DNA of 63,999 nt, the filler included, from Collodictyon triciliatum (Eukaryota): the NCBI GenBank assembly GCA_043381765.1. It is 8 parts of 8 records of this genome, joined end to end, with 100 filler letters (N's around TTAATTAATTAA, not from the genome) between each part and the next. Parts side by side here need not be neighbours in the genome. Positions count along the whole stretch, not along the records: positions 24,069 to 31,989 come from JBHJMP010003672.1; positions 32,090 to 40,031 come from JBHJMP010003673.1; 6 more parts are not named here. The stretch is one strand, 5' to 3'. The position numbers and the translations under genes were made by a program. Each line of letters starts with the position of its first letter. The first letter of the stretch is position 1. The notes below the pieces were generated by a model that did no database searches, was not told where the DNA came from, and was given only the letters and a program-made list of their open reading frames with translations. This document shows, in pieces, positions 24,275 to 38,455 of the stretch.

Positions 24275-26041
24275 ATGAAGAAAGCAACGCAGAGGAAAGG
24301 CAAAAAGAGTTGGCGCAAAAACTGTGAAGTCGCCGATGTCGAAGAAAAACACCGTGAAGCAACCATCGCTGCCCGATCTGTAATTAGTTTGAACTATCTT
24401 TTCCTTTTTCCTTTCTCCTTTTTCCTTTCTCCTTTTTCCTGTCTCCTTTCTCCTTTTCCTTTCTCCTTTTCCTTTCTCCTTTTCCTTTCTCCTTTTCCTT
24501 TCTCCTTTTCCTTTCTCCTTTTTCCTTTTCCTTTCTCCTTTCTCCTTTTCCTTTCTCCTTTTTCCTTTTCCTTTTCCTTTTCCTTTTTTCCTTTTTGTCT
24601 CTTTCGATTTCTGTTTAGTAAGCCAAACGTTCCTTTTAGGAAGAAGCTTTCGCTGCACTAGACGATGCCTCTTTGTTTTTGGACGATCGTGGCGGAAAGG
24701 CTGCACCTCCGTAAGTGGGCTTTATTGTATGAAACCCTTCCTTTCTCATCAGCCAAGCAATTTTCATGATGATACCCTTCCTCTATTACCATCTTCATTA
24801 TTACTATTTCTCTTCGTGTGTGAAGCTTTCCTCTTTGTTCTGGAATACTCTCTTTCTGCTGTTTATTATATGGCTGAGTGAAAATGTCTCGGTATTAACA
24901 TACATCGATTCGATTTCGACGACCTGCAGGAAACTGTTAGACAGTGACGAAGAAACTTCCAGAGGGTTGTCAAAAATAGTAGGATTATAAAAATTATTCT
25001 CTTACTCAAACTAAAGAGAAACATGAAAACAATTAAACTTTAATATGATTCAAAAATGAACATGAATAAATAAATAAATAAAAAAATGCAAGAATCTGTC
25101 AAATAATTCTATCTTAAACTACAGCAAAAAATTGCCGTCACGAAACTTGCTTCAGCCATTAAATCAGTAAGCACAAGGCAGAATGTGCATCCATTCTTTG
25201 GAATATCATCACGAAGGTTTTTATTTACAGGCTCTCTTCCTCCCTAGAAACACATCAAAGTCACAAAGACGAAAGGGAAGAAGTCAAAGAAACCGAGAAC
25301 AGCACCAAAATATGACATATGGGATGAGAATAAAAGTATGTATAATTCATCACCAGTTGATTTCATGTCCCATATATTTTGGATGCAATCCTGTGAACAT
25401 TCAAGGGTAATCTTGTGTGTCAAGATTCTTATCTTTTCATTAAGATAGTGTCTATTTTGACCACGACAACTTTGAGAAAATAACGATATATCTAGTTCCG
25501 ATCGAAGTTTCATATGATTGTATTTAAATTTCATCTGGTTTTCTATTCATCAAAACAGAGCCGAAGCCCACTTTTGAGGAAGAATTTCATCTCGTTGATA
25601 CAATGAACGTAAGTGTAGCACACCATGTGCTCTGAGGCTAATCGTGTCCAGTATTACGAAAGAATTCGCGTCTCAAAATCCATATGTACAACCAATCTTC
25701 TTTGTATGTCTCGTTTATTAGCCACGAGTTATCGAACCCCCGTCGTTGAGGGCAGCCATTGACCCTAAGGAAATCACACATTTGTCATACAACCCCTCAT
25801 TTGATGATCACCAGGTAAGCCCTCCAATTCCGCATCATTGCAGCATAATGAGTTTCTCTCAATGCTAGGAACCATGTCTGATTTTTGTTTTCTTCAATTT
25901 TTTTATTTTCAATACAGGACTCTCTTGGTATCGCGCTTGCTAGAAAGTTGCAATCGATGGAGAACAAAAAGAGACATGAGCGTGGGCTGAAGGGAATCAA
26001 AGAAATCAGATTCAGTGTAAATTTATTTATTTATTTATAAT

Positions 26042-26072
<31 letters not shown>

Positions 26073-27697
26073 TTAATGTCTGCTGTCATCCAGAAAGATC
26101 ATGGGATGAAAATTGATGACCCTCGAGCAGATGCGGAGGCCGATGACGGGGCTGCTTCTGAAGTATTCTTCAATTATAATCACGGGCATCTCACCTGATG
26201 GCCACAAATTCCTAAACAAACGTCGCATGAGAAGCATCACGTTATAACACCACTCGTTATTCTCTCTCATCGTTTTAACTCTAGGTTATCGAGGAAACTC
26301 CTAAAGACCGAAGAAAAACCAAAGTATCACTTTGTTTAAAGATTTTTCTAGGATATATACATTTATTTTTTATTTGCCTACAAAAGGTCATCTCATTTCC
26401 CTATCCTGTATGTGTGAAAAAATCAGTTGGAAAATATATAACCCCCAAGTCTTCTCCAAAAATAATCACGTATTCCTTTTTCTCTTCGAAGGAGCCAAAA
26501 CCTCGCTCCACACTCGTGGAGAAAAGACGAGAGAGGCATAAAAAGCTCAAGAAATTTGAACATGATTTGGTTCGGTGAGAACATTTTTTTCGGTTACACT
26601 CGCCTCCACCGAAATCAATACATATTGCCTTTCTTTTTTTTTCCCCATGAAGTAAAATTACGGGATTGTCACTGAAGTATTTTAGAGCTGGAGTCCTTTG
26701 TAATCTGCATATTTTTATATCAGAGTCAAATCTATCACCAAATCGGTGGAAAGGGAACTGAAACAGAAAGACGAGGCCAATAAGGTATCCCTTGTGTGTA
26801 CATATTTATTGGCGTCTCTTTTGTCATCTAGCATTTCACCTAATGCTACTTCATCCCGACACAAAAGATTCGTGCTGAGATGGAAAAAGATGCACCGCCG
26901 AGAACACAAAAGCTTGGCCCATACTGGTTTGCTTGTTGTTTTCAAATCTTACATCTGTGCACTTTTTTTTCAGCCATATTGCGTAATTAGACCAACTGGA
27001 CACGCTTTTATAATTGAATTTTAAGGAGTTTTTGTACCTTCGAAGGTTCGTTGAGCAGAAACCAGAATATCTATTAACAAACGAAATTCCAGACCTTTTG
27101 AGGAATTTGAAGGTAATAGCCATTCTCTTTATTTGTTTCTGCACAATACATTTTCGATCAGATTAGATCGATAGATATTCTTGTGATAAACTGATAAAAA
27201 CAGAAGAAAAAAACGAGATTATCATATTGAGAAGAAGTCGAACATTCAATTAAATTATGTTCCTTCCTGACTGATTTCGGATGTTGAACTAATACTATAT
27301 TTTCTTTCAGACTCAAGGAAATCTTTTCGAGGACAGATTCAAGAGTATGCAGCGACGAAATATAATTGAGCCCAGAAAGCGTGTCAAGTAAGTACATCGT
27401 AATAAGTTTTCCTCCTGATTTTGAAAATGGAAATGAAAATTTAGGACAGCAAGAGGGTTGCACGATACACCTTACTTTGTTCGAATGAGCCCAAAACTGA
27501 ATAATTGCGGGTGTTTTTGTTATTTGATGCCGTTTTCTTTCTCTTCACATGCGCATTCACTCACCTCTAGGAAAGTATTATCGAAACGCAAGCGGTATGT
27601 CCAGGGAGAAAGAGACAGAAAAGCTCGAGAAATGCAAGACCAAATCAATCTCTTTCGCAAAAATCGCAAGATGCATTCAAACCCGAACGATATCTAA
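24275..27697 (+). CDS. NOP53: Ribosome biogenesis protein NOP53/GLTSCR2, multi-exon
   Basis: RKGKKSWRKN..LFLDD..YDIWD..SYNPSFDDHQ..LRNLK|TQGNLFEDRFKSMQRRNIIEPR. One phase conflict near 24711-24965 is unresolved. Confidence 0.9.
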
Positions 27698-28230
27698 AAC
27701 CCATTCCTGGCGCAATCCACCAGGCAAAGTTGATTCCTCTGCCACTTATGTCATCGGATGGGGATTCATTCCTATCTCTATCTCCTTTAATTTCCTCTCA
27801 TCTCTTTTCTGTCCTCTCTACAAGCCTACATCTCAAAGAATTAAATCAGCCAGTAAAATCGAGAAATGAAAAGAAATTTATCATGCACTATTATTATCAT
27901 TCCCTGCATTCGTTAATAGACCTTTCTTTACATACCCCAGTTTGTGCGTGCATCGCCCAATTTACATATATCTCGCTTTTCCTCTTTCACTGATTCCCCT
28001 CCCTTTGCTACTGCATCAACGAAAAACTAATTGCATGTGCTTCAAAGGAAATATGCCCAATGGCGAGTGAACAATCTTTAAACCCGCAAGAATATACAAC
28101 AGAAAAAAAAAAAAGAGTGCCAAAGCTTGGTGGCCAAGCTAAGGAAGACACTACCATAGTGCAAGGAAGATTCGCTTCTATGTGACTTTATATCGCCAGT
28201 GCACATTGTAGACTTCAAACCAGACGTAAT

Positions 28231-31200
28231 CTACCGGCGATGGCGCTGGCAAAAAGCCGTGATTCTCTCGACTGACTCGCTGAGCTTTTCTGGCGGAGCA
28301 CAGAACACGAGCCGCACATAGTTTTTCACTTTGAAGCACTGACCTGGAAGCACAAGGACGGATTCCTCTGTGGAGAAAACATGGAGGTATTTAGAAAGAG
28401 CCTGTGAGTTAATAGTGGCGGGTCGGAGCCGAAGTGGTGTTGTATTGAAGGCTGCATTCCTGAAGGTCGAATCCGCACAGCCCGGAATATTGTTCTCTTG
28501 GAAGTGTGTTTGTATTTTGTATTTGAGGATGAGAGGAAAGAGCATCAACGAATGAAAGATACCTTCCAACAGCCTCTCGGTAAATTGGACGTCGCAAGCA
28601 ATGTCCTTGAACTTTTCAATCTCAATCTTCACCTGGTGAATCATAATNNNNNNNNNNNNNNNNNNNNNNNNNNNNNNNNNNNNNNNNNNNNNNNNNNNNN
28701 NNNNNNNNNNNNNNNNNNNNNNNNNNNNNNNNNNNNNNNNNNNNNNNNNNNNNNNNNNNNNNNNNNNNNNNNNNNNNNNNNNNNNNNNNNNNNNNNNNNN
28801 NNNNNNNNNNNNNNNNNNNNNNNNNNNNNNNNNNNNNNNNNNNNNNNNNNNNNNNNNNNNNNNNNNNNNNNNNNNNNNNNNNNNNNNNNNNNNNNNNNNN
28901 NNNNNNNNNNNNNNNNNNNNNNNNNNNNNNNNNNNNNNNNNNNNNNNNNNNNNNNNNNNNNNNNNNNNNNNNNNNNNNNNNNNNNNNNNNNNNNNNNNNN
29001 NNNNNNNNNNNNNNNNNNNNNNNNNNNNNNNNNNNNNNNNNNNNNNNNNNNNNNNNNNNNNNNNNNTATAGTCTGTTCATGAAAACTCTGGGGGACCTTC
29101 GTCAGTATATCTGGAATAGATGCCTACGCAAAACCAGAGACAGCCTTATACTGATGCATTTCAAATTCCGAAGAAAATAAGAAAATAAGAAAATAAGAAA
29201 ATAAGAAAAAAAGAAAAAAAGAAAAGAAAGAAAAGAAAGAGAAAAAAAGAAAAAAAGAAAAAAAAGAAAAAAAGAAAAAAAGAAAAAAAGAAAAAAGAAA
29301 AAAAAAAAAGAAAAGAAAGAGAAGAAAGAGAAGAAAATAAAAAGACGATACCAATAGAAGGGTGTTTGCACCGAGGACAATTTGCGTCATGGAAACCATC
29401 GCTTTGCGCAGCTCAGACAAGGTCTCATTACGGTCGTAGAGAACAGCCCACCCAACTCGCCAGCCAGGAACGAGATAACGCTTCGCAAGCCCGCTCACAG
29501 AAATAATCGGGACTGTTGTTGTAAGTGATGCCAGCCGATGGAACTCACTAGGAGTGGCCATTTAAAGACGAATTTAAAGATTATATCAGAATTATTTTGA
29601 AGTATAAAAAGAAAAAAAAGCCCATAATCTTGGCCCCTACTTTCCAGCAAAAGTCATGTATTCGTAAATCTCATCGGCGACGATGGGGACTTTTTTGGCC
29701 TCGGCGATGCTGAGAATGTCAATCAAATGCTGCTTGCTGTATACACATCTGCGATTCATGCAGATTCAGCACCATCCGTTCAGATTCCAAAAAATAAAAA
29801 TAAGAAAGAAGAAAAATTAGATGCTTAAACCAAAGGAGAATGAGGAAAGTACCCGCACGGATTGGAGGGATTGTTTACTAAGATGAAAGCAGTCTTTGAA
29901 TCAATCAGGGACTCAAGATGTCCCAAATCTATTTCCCATCCTCTGTTGGGCTACACCGAAATAATTCGAAATTATGCGAGAAAACAAAAAAGTGAAGAAG
30001 ATACACTAATCCATTAAATATTGTTATCAATTCTGAAGGAATGCTTTCATTTCATGGCTTCAAATCAAAACTCACATCAAGGTCGTACATGCGGACTTCG
30101 ATATTTCGGGACTCAGCAATGGAAGAATATAATGGGAATCCAGGACGTGGAACAAGGATGTTTTGGCCCACAGAAGCAATTGCACTGATGAGTATTTCCA
30201 GGGCACCAGAACATCTTGAATATAATGAAGTTCAAATATGATGAGTTGAATGTACGGGATACATGAATCGTTCTTTTCCTTTCATGTGGCTGAAGTTCAA
30301 TTGGATGCCAAAACCGATGAAGCATACTGAGGCTGAATAAGATATTAGAAGGAGAGGAAATATTTTGGCTGAAAAAAAAAGACCCGCTTCCGATGATGAT
30401 ATCATCTACCGTAAGTGGGCTTTGCCCAGGAATCGAGTAAAATTTCGCAAGAGCTTGTCGGGCTTCGTTGGTTCCTGTTGATAGATTATTTATCAAAGAG
30501 ACAATCAAGCTGTGTCAATTGTATAGAGTGCATTAAATGGATAAATAATAATTGCAATAAAATCCGTTTTAAATTATTACATACCTGCGCTATGAGTGTA
30601 CCCGTTGGCTTTGCCACTGCGGATTTTTTCTACGAGAATATCCTCCACAACTGAAGAAACACGAAGATTTCCAAAAACTGTCGGGTCGCCTTTGATGTGA
30701 CAAATCAGTATATTTAAAGGTGGAACGCAGCCAAATTAATCGAAGGATAATATAAATGATAAATGTCGGAAAAAAAAAGACTCATTTGGGGGGCAATAAA
30801 ATAATGATAATAAAATAATGATAATAAAATAATGATAATAAAATAATGATAATAAAATAATGATAATAAAATAATGATAATAAAATAATGATAATAATAT
30901 AATAACTATAAATCAATTAATAAGGGCCAACCAAGTGAGAGAGGAATGGTCGCTTTAGCTGGGTTGGGCTTTGTCTTAATGTGGTCCACAACCTAGAGGA
31001 CGCCGGTGAATAAGAAAAAAAAATGTACAGTTTAAGCAACAAATAAACGAAGAAAGTAAAGTAAACTAAAAGAATACATAGAGCAGAGGAAACACAAGAT
31101 GATTGGGCACAAGAAAAAATATGGAGCCACTTTTAAAAAAGTAGTTCATTCTTGTATTGAGACAATTACAGCGCGGATCGGATTTGTGGTACGGTTTGCA

Positions 31201-31250
31201 GTGTCTGAGGCGCACACTTTCCAGTCGATGGAGACTGCAGTTTCGCTCAT
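28231..31250 (-). CDS. TAT: Tyrosine aminotransferase (PLP-dependent, class I), multi-exon, spans an N gap
   Basis: [79 protein letters not shown]. Confidence 0.93.
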
Positions 31251-32089
31251 TCTTTCGTTTTGTTTCGTTCAAGTAGATCAGCTAAAAAAAAAACGAAAAA
31301 CATGGTCGGGATACAAAGAAAGTCAAATGGATGGTTAAGCGTATATGGGCAGAAGACTTCTGTATACAAGCTGACGCAAAAAAAAAAAAAAATACTTGCA
31401 AGGCGATGGGCAAATGAGGGTGGCATTAGTAAGGCATTTCGTTAGGAGTATGCAAACAAACGAATAAAAAAAAATAAAAAAGAATAAAAAAGAATAAAAA
31501 AGAATATGAAAGGATATGATGAAAGGATCTTTTGGATGGTTTGTGGGCGGGTATCGCAGTGGATTGATCTCGGCGTTGTGGCTGAATGAATCGACACTCG
31601 GCTCAGGCCGACTGCACAAATGTGGAACAGTGGAGTGCATATATTTATACTTTTTGGATTTAATTATATGAACATTCAGTAAATTTTATCTATTAGGGTA
31701 TATGTTGTGCAGCACAAAGCGCACAGTTTTCTGATGGACGACCGAAAGCCGTGGCTCGAAACGTCAGAGGGCGAACAGACGTCCGCTGGGTGATAAGGCG
31801 GAGGAGTTTTTGAAAAGGTGAGGTGCGGATGTGGTTGAGGGGGTTTCCTTTCATTTTGTTTATTTGTTTTTCTTTTTGAATTCGCCAGTCTCGAGAAAGA
31901 GAGAAAGAGAGAAAGAGAGAAAGAGAGAAAGAGAGAAAGAGAGAAAGAGAGAAAGAGAGAAAGAGAGAAAGAGAGAAAGAGAGAAAGAGNNNNNNNNNNN
32001 NNNNNNNNNNNNNNNNNNNNNNNNNNNNNNNNNTTAATTAATTAANNNNNNNNNNNNNNNNNNNNNNNNNNNNNNNNNNNNNNNNNNNN

Positions 32090-32135
<46 letters not shown>

Positions 32136-32430
32136 AAAAACAAAAAAAAAAAAAAAAAACAAAAAACAAAAAAACACATTAGTCAAATTAAAGGAGCATA
32201 GAACAAAATTGTCCTTGTAGAAAATGGATTATGCAGACAGAGTTAAACATGATTTAGATTTATTCAGTCGCATCCCAAATAAAAAAGTTGCTCTCTTTTT
32301 TTTCAACCTTGCTTGTTCCGACAAACTCCTTACGGCTATTCTCATCTCATCATTTACTTCAAGTCGTGCCAATTTATAAAGAGAGAGGAATATGTAAAAT
32401 ATAGTCAAGAAACGCGACATCATTTCCCAG

Positions 32431-32975
32431 GTACTTGAGAACATGAAGGCCATTCTGGTTGCTGGGAATTCGTCCTTAGATAACGTCGTAAAGACTACAG
32501 TTTTGCTGAAAGACATGGGCGACTTTGCCGAAGTGAACAAGATATACTCAACATGTAACTCTACATATGATAAGACCGCTGCTATAACTTATCGTTTTCG
32601 ACTCACGGGCTTGAATGAGCACAAGACACAGTCAATTTATCCCACAATAAAAAGGAGTAGATACCTTGATTTTTTAATAGCGAAATAAATTTCAAAAATA
32701 ATATCCCATATACATCCGTGTTATCATGCATAAAAAAAAAACCAATTCTTTCGCATGGCCTTTTTCATTTGATATTTACTTTCTTCAATTTATTGTAAAA
32801 GTAAAATAAAAACCGAAACTTCTGACCAGAGTAAATTCACTGACTTTCGAATAACTCCTGCAAATGCTTGCAGATTTTCCTCAATCACCACCAGCCCGAG
32901 CTTGTTTCGCAGTCTCAAAACTCCCACTGGACGCGCTGGTGGAAATCGAATGCGTTGCGGTTGTTGGTTCATTGT
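32431..32975 (+). CDS. RidA/YjgF/UK114 enamine-imine deaminase, 3' part only
   Basis: [70 protein letters not shown]. The 5' exons lie beyond the contig edge and the exact stop is uncertain. Confidence 0.9.
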
Positions 32976-33517
32976 ATGCGTTTTTTTTCTTTTGGGAATG
33001 TTGTGTGATTCGTCAAGACTTTTTCCCCTTGCGTTTTCATCCAGCCATCGTAGTTTCCGGATTACTTTCAGCCACCGTGTTCTACTTGTGCTCAGTCGAA
33101 GGTCAAAGTAACATGGTTTCCTATGCCACAACACAGGTCATCTCCAAAACCGTCTCTCTGAAGCCATTCCCCTCGCAGCATACAAGCACACTCAGACAAA
33201 TAAATAAAGATGAAAACGAAAAGGAAGTCAAGATAAGAAGATGTGTCGATGGTCTCTCAGGCTGATACAACACTTCAATACGGCTGAATGATAATTTGAA
33301 GGCGTGAGTTTCTATATTTTGCTGTCTAATCTCCGAAGGATGGGCAGGACATGAGGTTTGTCGTTTGTAAATCATGTATTATTACAGTGGCGAATAAAGC
33401 CCACGAGCTGATGAAAGATGTTTCTTTGGTAGACATAGGGCGAGATTGTCAGCCAAATAAGAAAAGCTTAGTTAAAGAAAACGGGGAGAGAGAAAAAAAA
33501 CCAGCCTGCGTGTACTG

Positions 33518-36500
33518 TCAGCAATAATTAGCGTAATCCAGGAGTGTTTGGGCATCCAGCGTCAGAAAGCGTCGGGTGGGCATCGAGCCGAGTGACGGCA
33601 TCGACAATGGCGCGGTGTATTTCGCCGCTGAATCGCGCTGAAGCAGCATGTCTATCGTGGCCATTGCACCTTTGTCATCCTCTTTTCGCGTGCACTCCTT
33701 TGTTTCTTGTGCGCGGGCGGTCTTTGCCTGGTGGCGCTGTTGATTCTGTGCGAGACTGTCGAGCCGAATCAGCCGACCGTATCGGGCGCTTCGGTAGTTC
33801 CGGCTATTGTAGAAGGGCATATCCATTTCAATTACAGGTCATTGAACAAATGATATTGTGTCTCAATAAAATCAAGCTTAAATACCATTAATTAATAAAA
33901 TATAAAAAAGAAATCAAAAATAATATCCAGCGATGAAGAGAAATATACAGTGTATCTCAAACAGGAGAATAATGAGAACCTTTCCCTTGACAACTCACGG
34001 GCCCGAATGGGTGATGACACAGGCATACGGGGTGTGGACGATGGTCTCGGGCTTGTGCCGGCCTTCAAAGAAATACGTGGACGTAATGGTTGCGATTTTT
34101 GAGGGATAGTAAAGATGCGACTCAATAATCAATGTCGTTCATGACACAGAAGGTAAGCCGTATTTTCCTCTTGTATTATAAATGTTTTAAAAATAAAGTG
34201 GATTACGTTTTGGATTTGGTGCAGTGGGATGGAAGGAATGTGAGGTCGTTTCTTTTCTGCACTGCGCAAAGTCGCATTCTTTTGAGCTTCTTCGTACATA
34301 GTTCTCATCTCTGCCACTATAATAATAAATCAGTATATGGCACGAAAATATAAGAGAGTGCTCAACGTATGTCCACACTTTTTTCCGTTTAAGATGCGTG
34401 CAACTTCATAAGAGAAATAAAATTGTTTTACTTGAGGTGGGTATAAAAGGTCTGTCTAATCTCAGGGGTGTGCCTGATTATTGCATGGCATGTCAATAAA
34501 ATGAGGCAAATAAATTGATGCGCGTTTTAATATTTTTTTTTTGGTTGGGTAGTAAGGTTATTCTCACAGGGCTTCTGCGCTTTTATTTCTGGTGCATCCT
34601 TGTGAATTGCAGATATGTGGTTTTCTGCGATGTTCTCATGTGTCTTGTATTGTAGGCTAGGGTATTAATAGCTTGATTTTGGACGGGGCCATAATATGCA
34701 TAATACTGAATAATAACTTTTTCTCAAAGAGTTTTGTCGAAACAGGGCGTATATTCAATCTGAATAGATGTTAACTTTTCGAAGCAACTTCGTAAATTGG
34801 CGATGCGTTCATCTTGCCACTTTTTCTTCATTTGGGCCAGTTCGGTCAGCGTCTCTGTCGAGGATGCGTCCATTCCTTTGAAGTTTATGAAAGGATAAAA
34901 TACCTTAGACGCAGAGGTGTCAAACGAATTTTTTTTTAAAATCACTGGGTCAAACGAATGGACATTCTTTGGTGCTCATCGAATTATAATTTATTACTTA
35001 GCATGAACTCTGATGCTTTGGCAACAAAAACATCTACTTTGCTGGCGGCGATTGCAGTCAACTTTGAGCAAATAAATAATAAATAATAAATAATAAATAA
35101 ACAAGTAAACAAGTAAACAAGTAAACAAGTAAACAAGTAAACAAGTAAACAAGTAAACAAGTAAACAAGTAAACAAGTAAACAAGTAAACAAGTAAACAA
35201 GTAAACAAGTAAACAAGTAAACAAGTAAACAAGTAAACAAGTAAACAAAATTTGGTTGTTTTCAGTTCAATATTTCCCCTTTCCTAATAAAGTTTTTTTT
35301 TTTTTTTTTTTAGAATTGGAAACCTTCTCTTTCTCCAAATACGGTCGTAGGGTGGCAAAGTTTGACACATTCGTCATCTTCGCTTCTATAGCTTGTGCAA
35401 AAGGTACATCAGGGTACTCTTTTGGGTCCAAACTTGGGAATGGAGGACCTGTGTATGTGGAAAGCAGAGCATAGTAACATGTATATACATTTCCCAGAGA
35501 AGATACATCATACAAGAGTTTGAGGATGCGATAGTGAATAAAGTTGACAAAGTGTTGACATACGAGGTATGTCATCTTGCAAAACTGGAGGGTTTGAAAT
35601 ATGCTGTGAAGTTTTGTAGTCAAAGATATTTGTATCAAGAAATTCTGTTTCCTGTCTCTTGAAAGCCCAAAAGGATTTCTTGAGCGTTTGGATTGTCTGA
35701 TCAAAGATCAGAGATACCGGATGGTCGTTACGACTCGCACATTCCGTGATATAATTTCTAAATCCTTGCGATTGGAGTGCGAGGTACAAAAAACCCTGTT
35801 TTAAAGTTGATTTCAAGGGTTGATATTGTCTGTTGGCACGTAAAACATCCTTGTGTGGAAATTGCCGTTTAAAATAAAAGAATACAATAAAATGAAGTAG
35901 AAAAACCAAGAGAAATCAAAAATCATACAATATATGAAATATTACTAGATGTAAGTCGACTAAGGCTCAATAAAAAGAAATAAAAATCGAATAAGTTTAT
36001 GTATCAATACTCTATTTCTATCTTTTTCTATGGCGAGGTAGCTCTCTTCGTCCATCCGACTATTTCGTGGGTTTTTTGTATCAAGAACCATGAAGCAACG
36101 GTATTCTATAGATATGGTTACATCAAAATTAAATTTATGTTTCTTTTCTTAAAAAAACGATATAATAAAAGACTAAAACAAACAAGAATGGACTACCTTC
36201 AAAACGAGACACAATAAAGTTAAAGAAGACCAATCTGATTTCATCAGTGAATAGCGAATGTTCTTCGGGCGTCAGGTGGTTCATATGGGCATAACTCGAC
36301 ACCATTGAATTTGTGCCTGCTATCTTCACTACGTCCTTGAGTATGGAGTAGTGGGGATTGCTGGGAATTCGATACTTTGATTTCACCCTAATACGAGGAA
36401 CACCAAATAAATTTTATAAATGATCCAGTTCTTGGACACACAAACTCTATGGAAAACAACAGAAGTTGAGGGCATATCAATTCTAGCGAAAATATAATTT

Positions 36501-38455
36501 GAAAATGGAATAAAACCTTTCGATGTCAGAAATAAGGCCCCGAAATAAACGTCTCTGAATTAAATCTGAGGAGAATTCTTTGTACTTCTTTTCTGTTTGG
36601 AAGTGATAGTAAATCCTTTTCTTCTCAACATAAAGCACGAGACACTGGAAAATAGTATTTTAAATTTTAGAGAATTTAGTCCCTAGCAAAAACTTTTGAG
36701 GGCATTTACTGTTTTGATATGTAAATATATATATGGAAATATTCCTTCTGCTTTTTTTTTTTTTAAAAAAAAAGAAATAAATGACTTCTTCAATCTCATC
36801 CCATGGAAGCTCCACTGTATTATTGACTCCAATAATGTAAGGCGCAGGGGATTGAATAAGTGTGATGAAATCATTGTGGATGATAGGCAAAAAAGTATGA
36901 TACCATTTAAACGGAAACATAAAAGATACGAGAGACTGGGCTATTTCTGTCATAATTCCGTAGCAAGATGAATGGATGATTAGTTTCTTTTCCGTAATTA
37001 CGGAGAGAAAACACTCCACTATTTGTTCCGTAGGAAGCCAGGCGAACATTCGATAGCATGAAATCTATACATGTGAAAAGGATTTGTGCTTCATTTGGAA
37101 ACATGCTGTTTTAAAATGAGAATACCATAAAATAATATATATATATATAAATAATACAAGGAACAGAACCAAATACACTAATAACAAATACAGTAATAAT
37201 AAAAAAAAATTCAAAAAAAAAAGAAAAAAAGGAAACTACAAAAATAAAACCTCGGGATACTGAGGACGGTTAAGGACAGGTTGTTTAATAGTCAGAGATG
37301 GGAATCCTATATGTTTTCATCATTATTATTAAATGTTCCGATTGGGGGGTTCCTCTTCATTAGATTCAAAGCCAAGATTAATATCAGTCTATTTTAGAAT
37401 TTCTCTTTGGGTACTTTATCGCGGTTTACCAGAGAAAAGGAATTACTGAAAGCCCAATTACATACATTATCAAAAGGATACGACAATATTTTCTTCATCG
37501 ATTTAGAATATAGGCGCAGAAGTATGCACGAAAAAAAAACCCCGTGGGAATCAGCGAGGAGGAGAAGTATACCTGGATGAATTTGATAGCGAACATCCTT
37601 CTCGCCAGCCGGGGGGAGTGGTATTCCGAGGATGAAATTTGCAATGCATGTCTGGATCTGCTTGCGTCCTTTAGTCTTTGCTAGTTCGAGGAGATTGATA
37701 AGAAAGGCCTGGAAAGTTTCAAAAAAGGGACGATGGGAGGTGATGCAGAGAGCCTTTGGCTTGTAGCAGCGGGTGGGAGGTGGCTGGGGCTGGGGCTGGG
37801 CGTCCGCGTCGAGAAGGGTCTGGGGTGGAGTTATCGGGGACGCATGGACGGCGTACTCTTCGTAAAAGATGAGGCAGGAGTTGTATATGCGGCGGTCGTT
37901 GTCAACAACGACAAAGTTGAAGGAGACTTCGGGGCGCACCGTGGGTTTGAGATACATGTCGCCGGGAAAGCACAGCTGCAGGGCGAGGGGATGGTGGCGT
38001 GAGAGAAGGAGAGAAGGAGAGAAGGAGAGAAGGAGAGAAGGAGAGAAGGAGAGAAGGAGAGAAGGAGAGAAGGAGAGAAAGAAAGAAAGAAAGAAAGAAA
38101 GGAGAGGAGGAGCGGACCTTTGCGATGTAGTCGCGGGGCAGCGGATAGTCGCGCCAGGGGACGATCGGAAAGACGTGGACAACGCTCGGCCTGAGCGGCA
38201 CGGCAAAGACGGTGGACCTCTGCGACGCCTCCAGAAGACCTTCGCGGGGTGGGGCGATCAGGCACACGGGTGAAAAGGGCAGAGGGTAAGTGGAGAAGGC
38301 AGAGGATAAGTGGAGAAGGCAGAGGATGGGCGCTTGCCTCGGAGGCTTTCCGGCGACGGCTCCACGACCGAGAAGTAGTCTGCCACGCGCTCGTCGGACG
38401 GCGGCTGGGTCACTCTGGACAGGCGGGAGGCGGACGCGGCCGCGCTGGGATCCAT
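33518..38455 (-). CDS. DENN-domain Rab GEF (uDENN-cDENN-dDENN) with a long C-terminal tail, multi-exon
   Basis: RVADYFSVV..LCFPG..FNFVVVDNDRRIYNSCLIFYE..PKALCITSHRPFF..VITEKKLIIHSS..SFMFPFKWYHTFLPII..QSPAPYIIGV..SQGFRNYI. Confidence 0.88.
35098..35248 (+). repeat. (TAAACAAG)n 8-mer microsatellite, intronic
   Basis: Read directly. Confidence 0.95.

Noticed and set aside
28370-28562. TAT intron starting GTATCTTT, resembling a U12-type donor
   Set aside because: Single instance, imperfect match to GTATCCTT, and no TCCTTAAC-type branch site near the acceptor.
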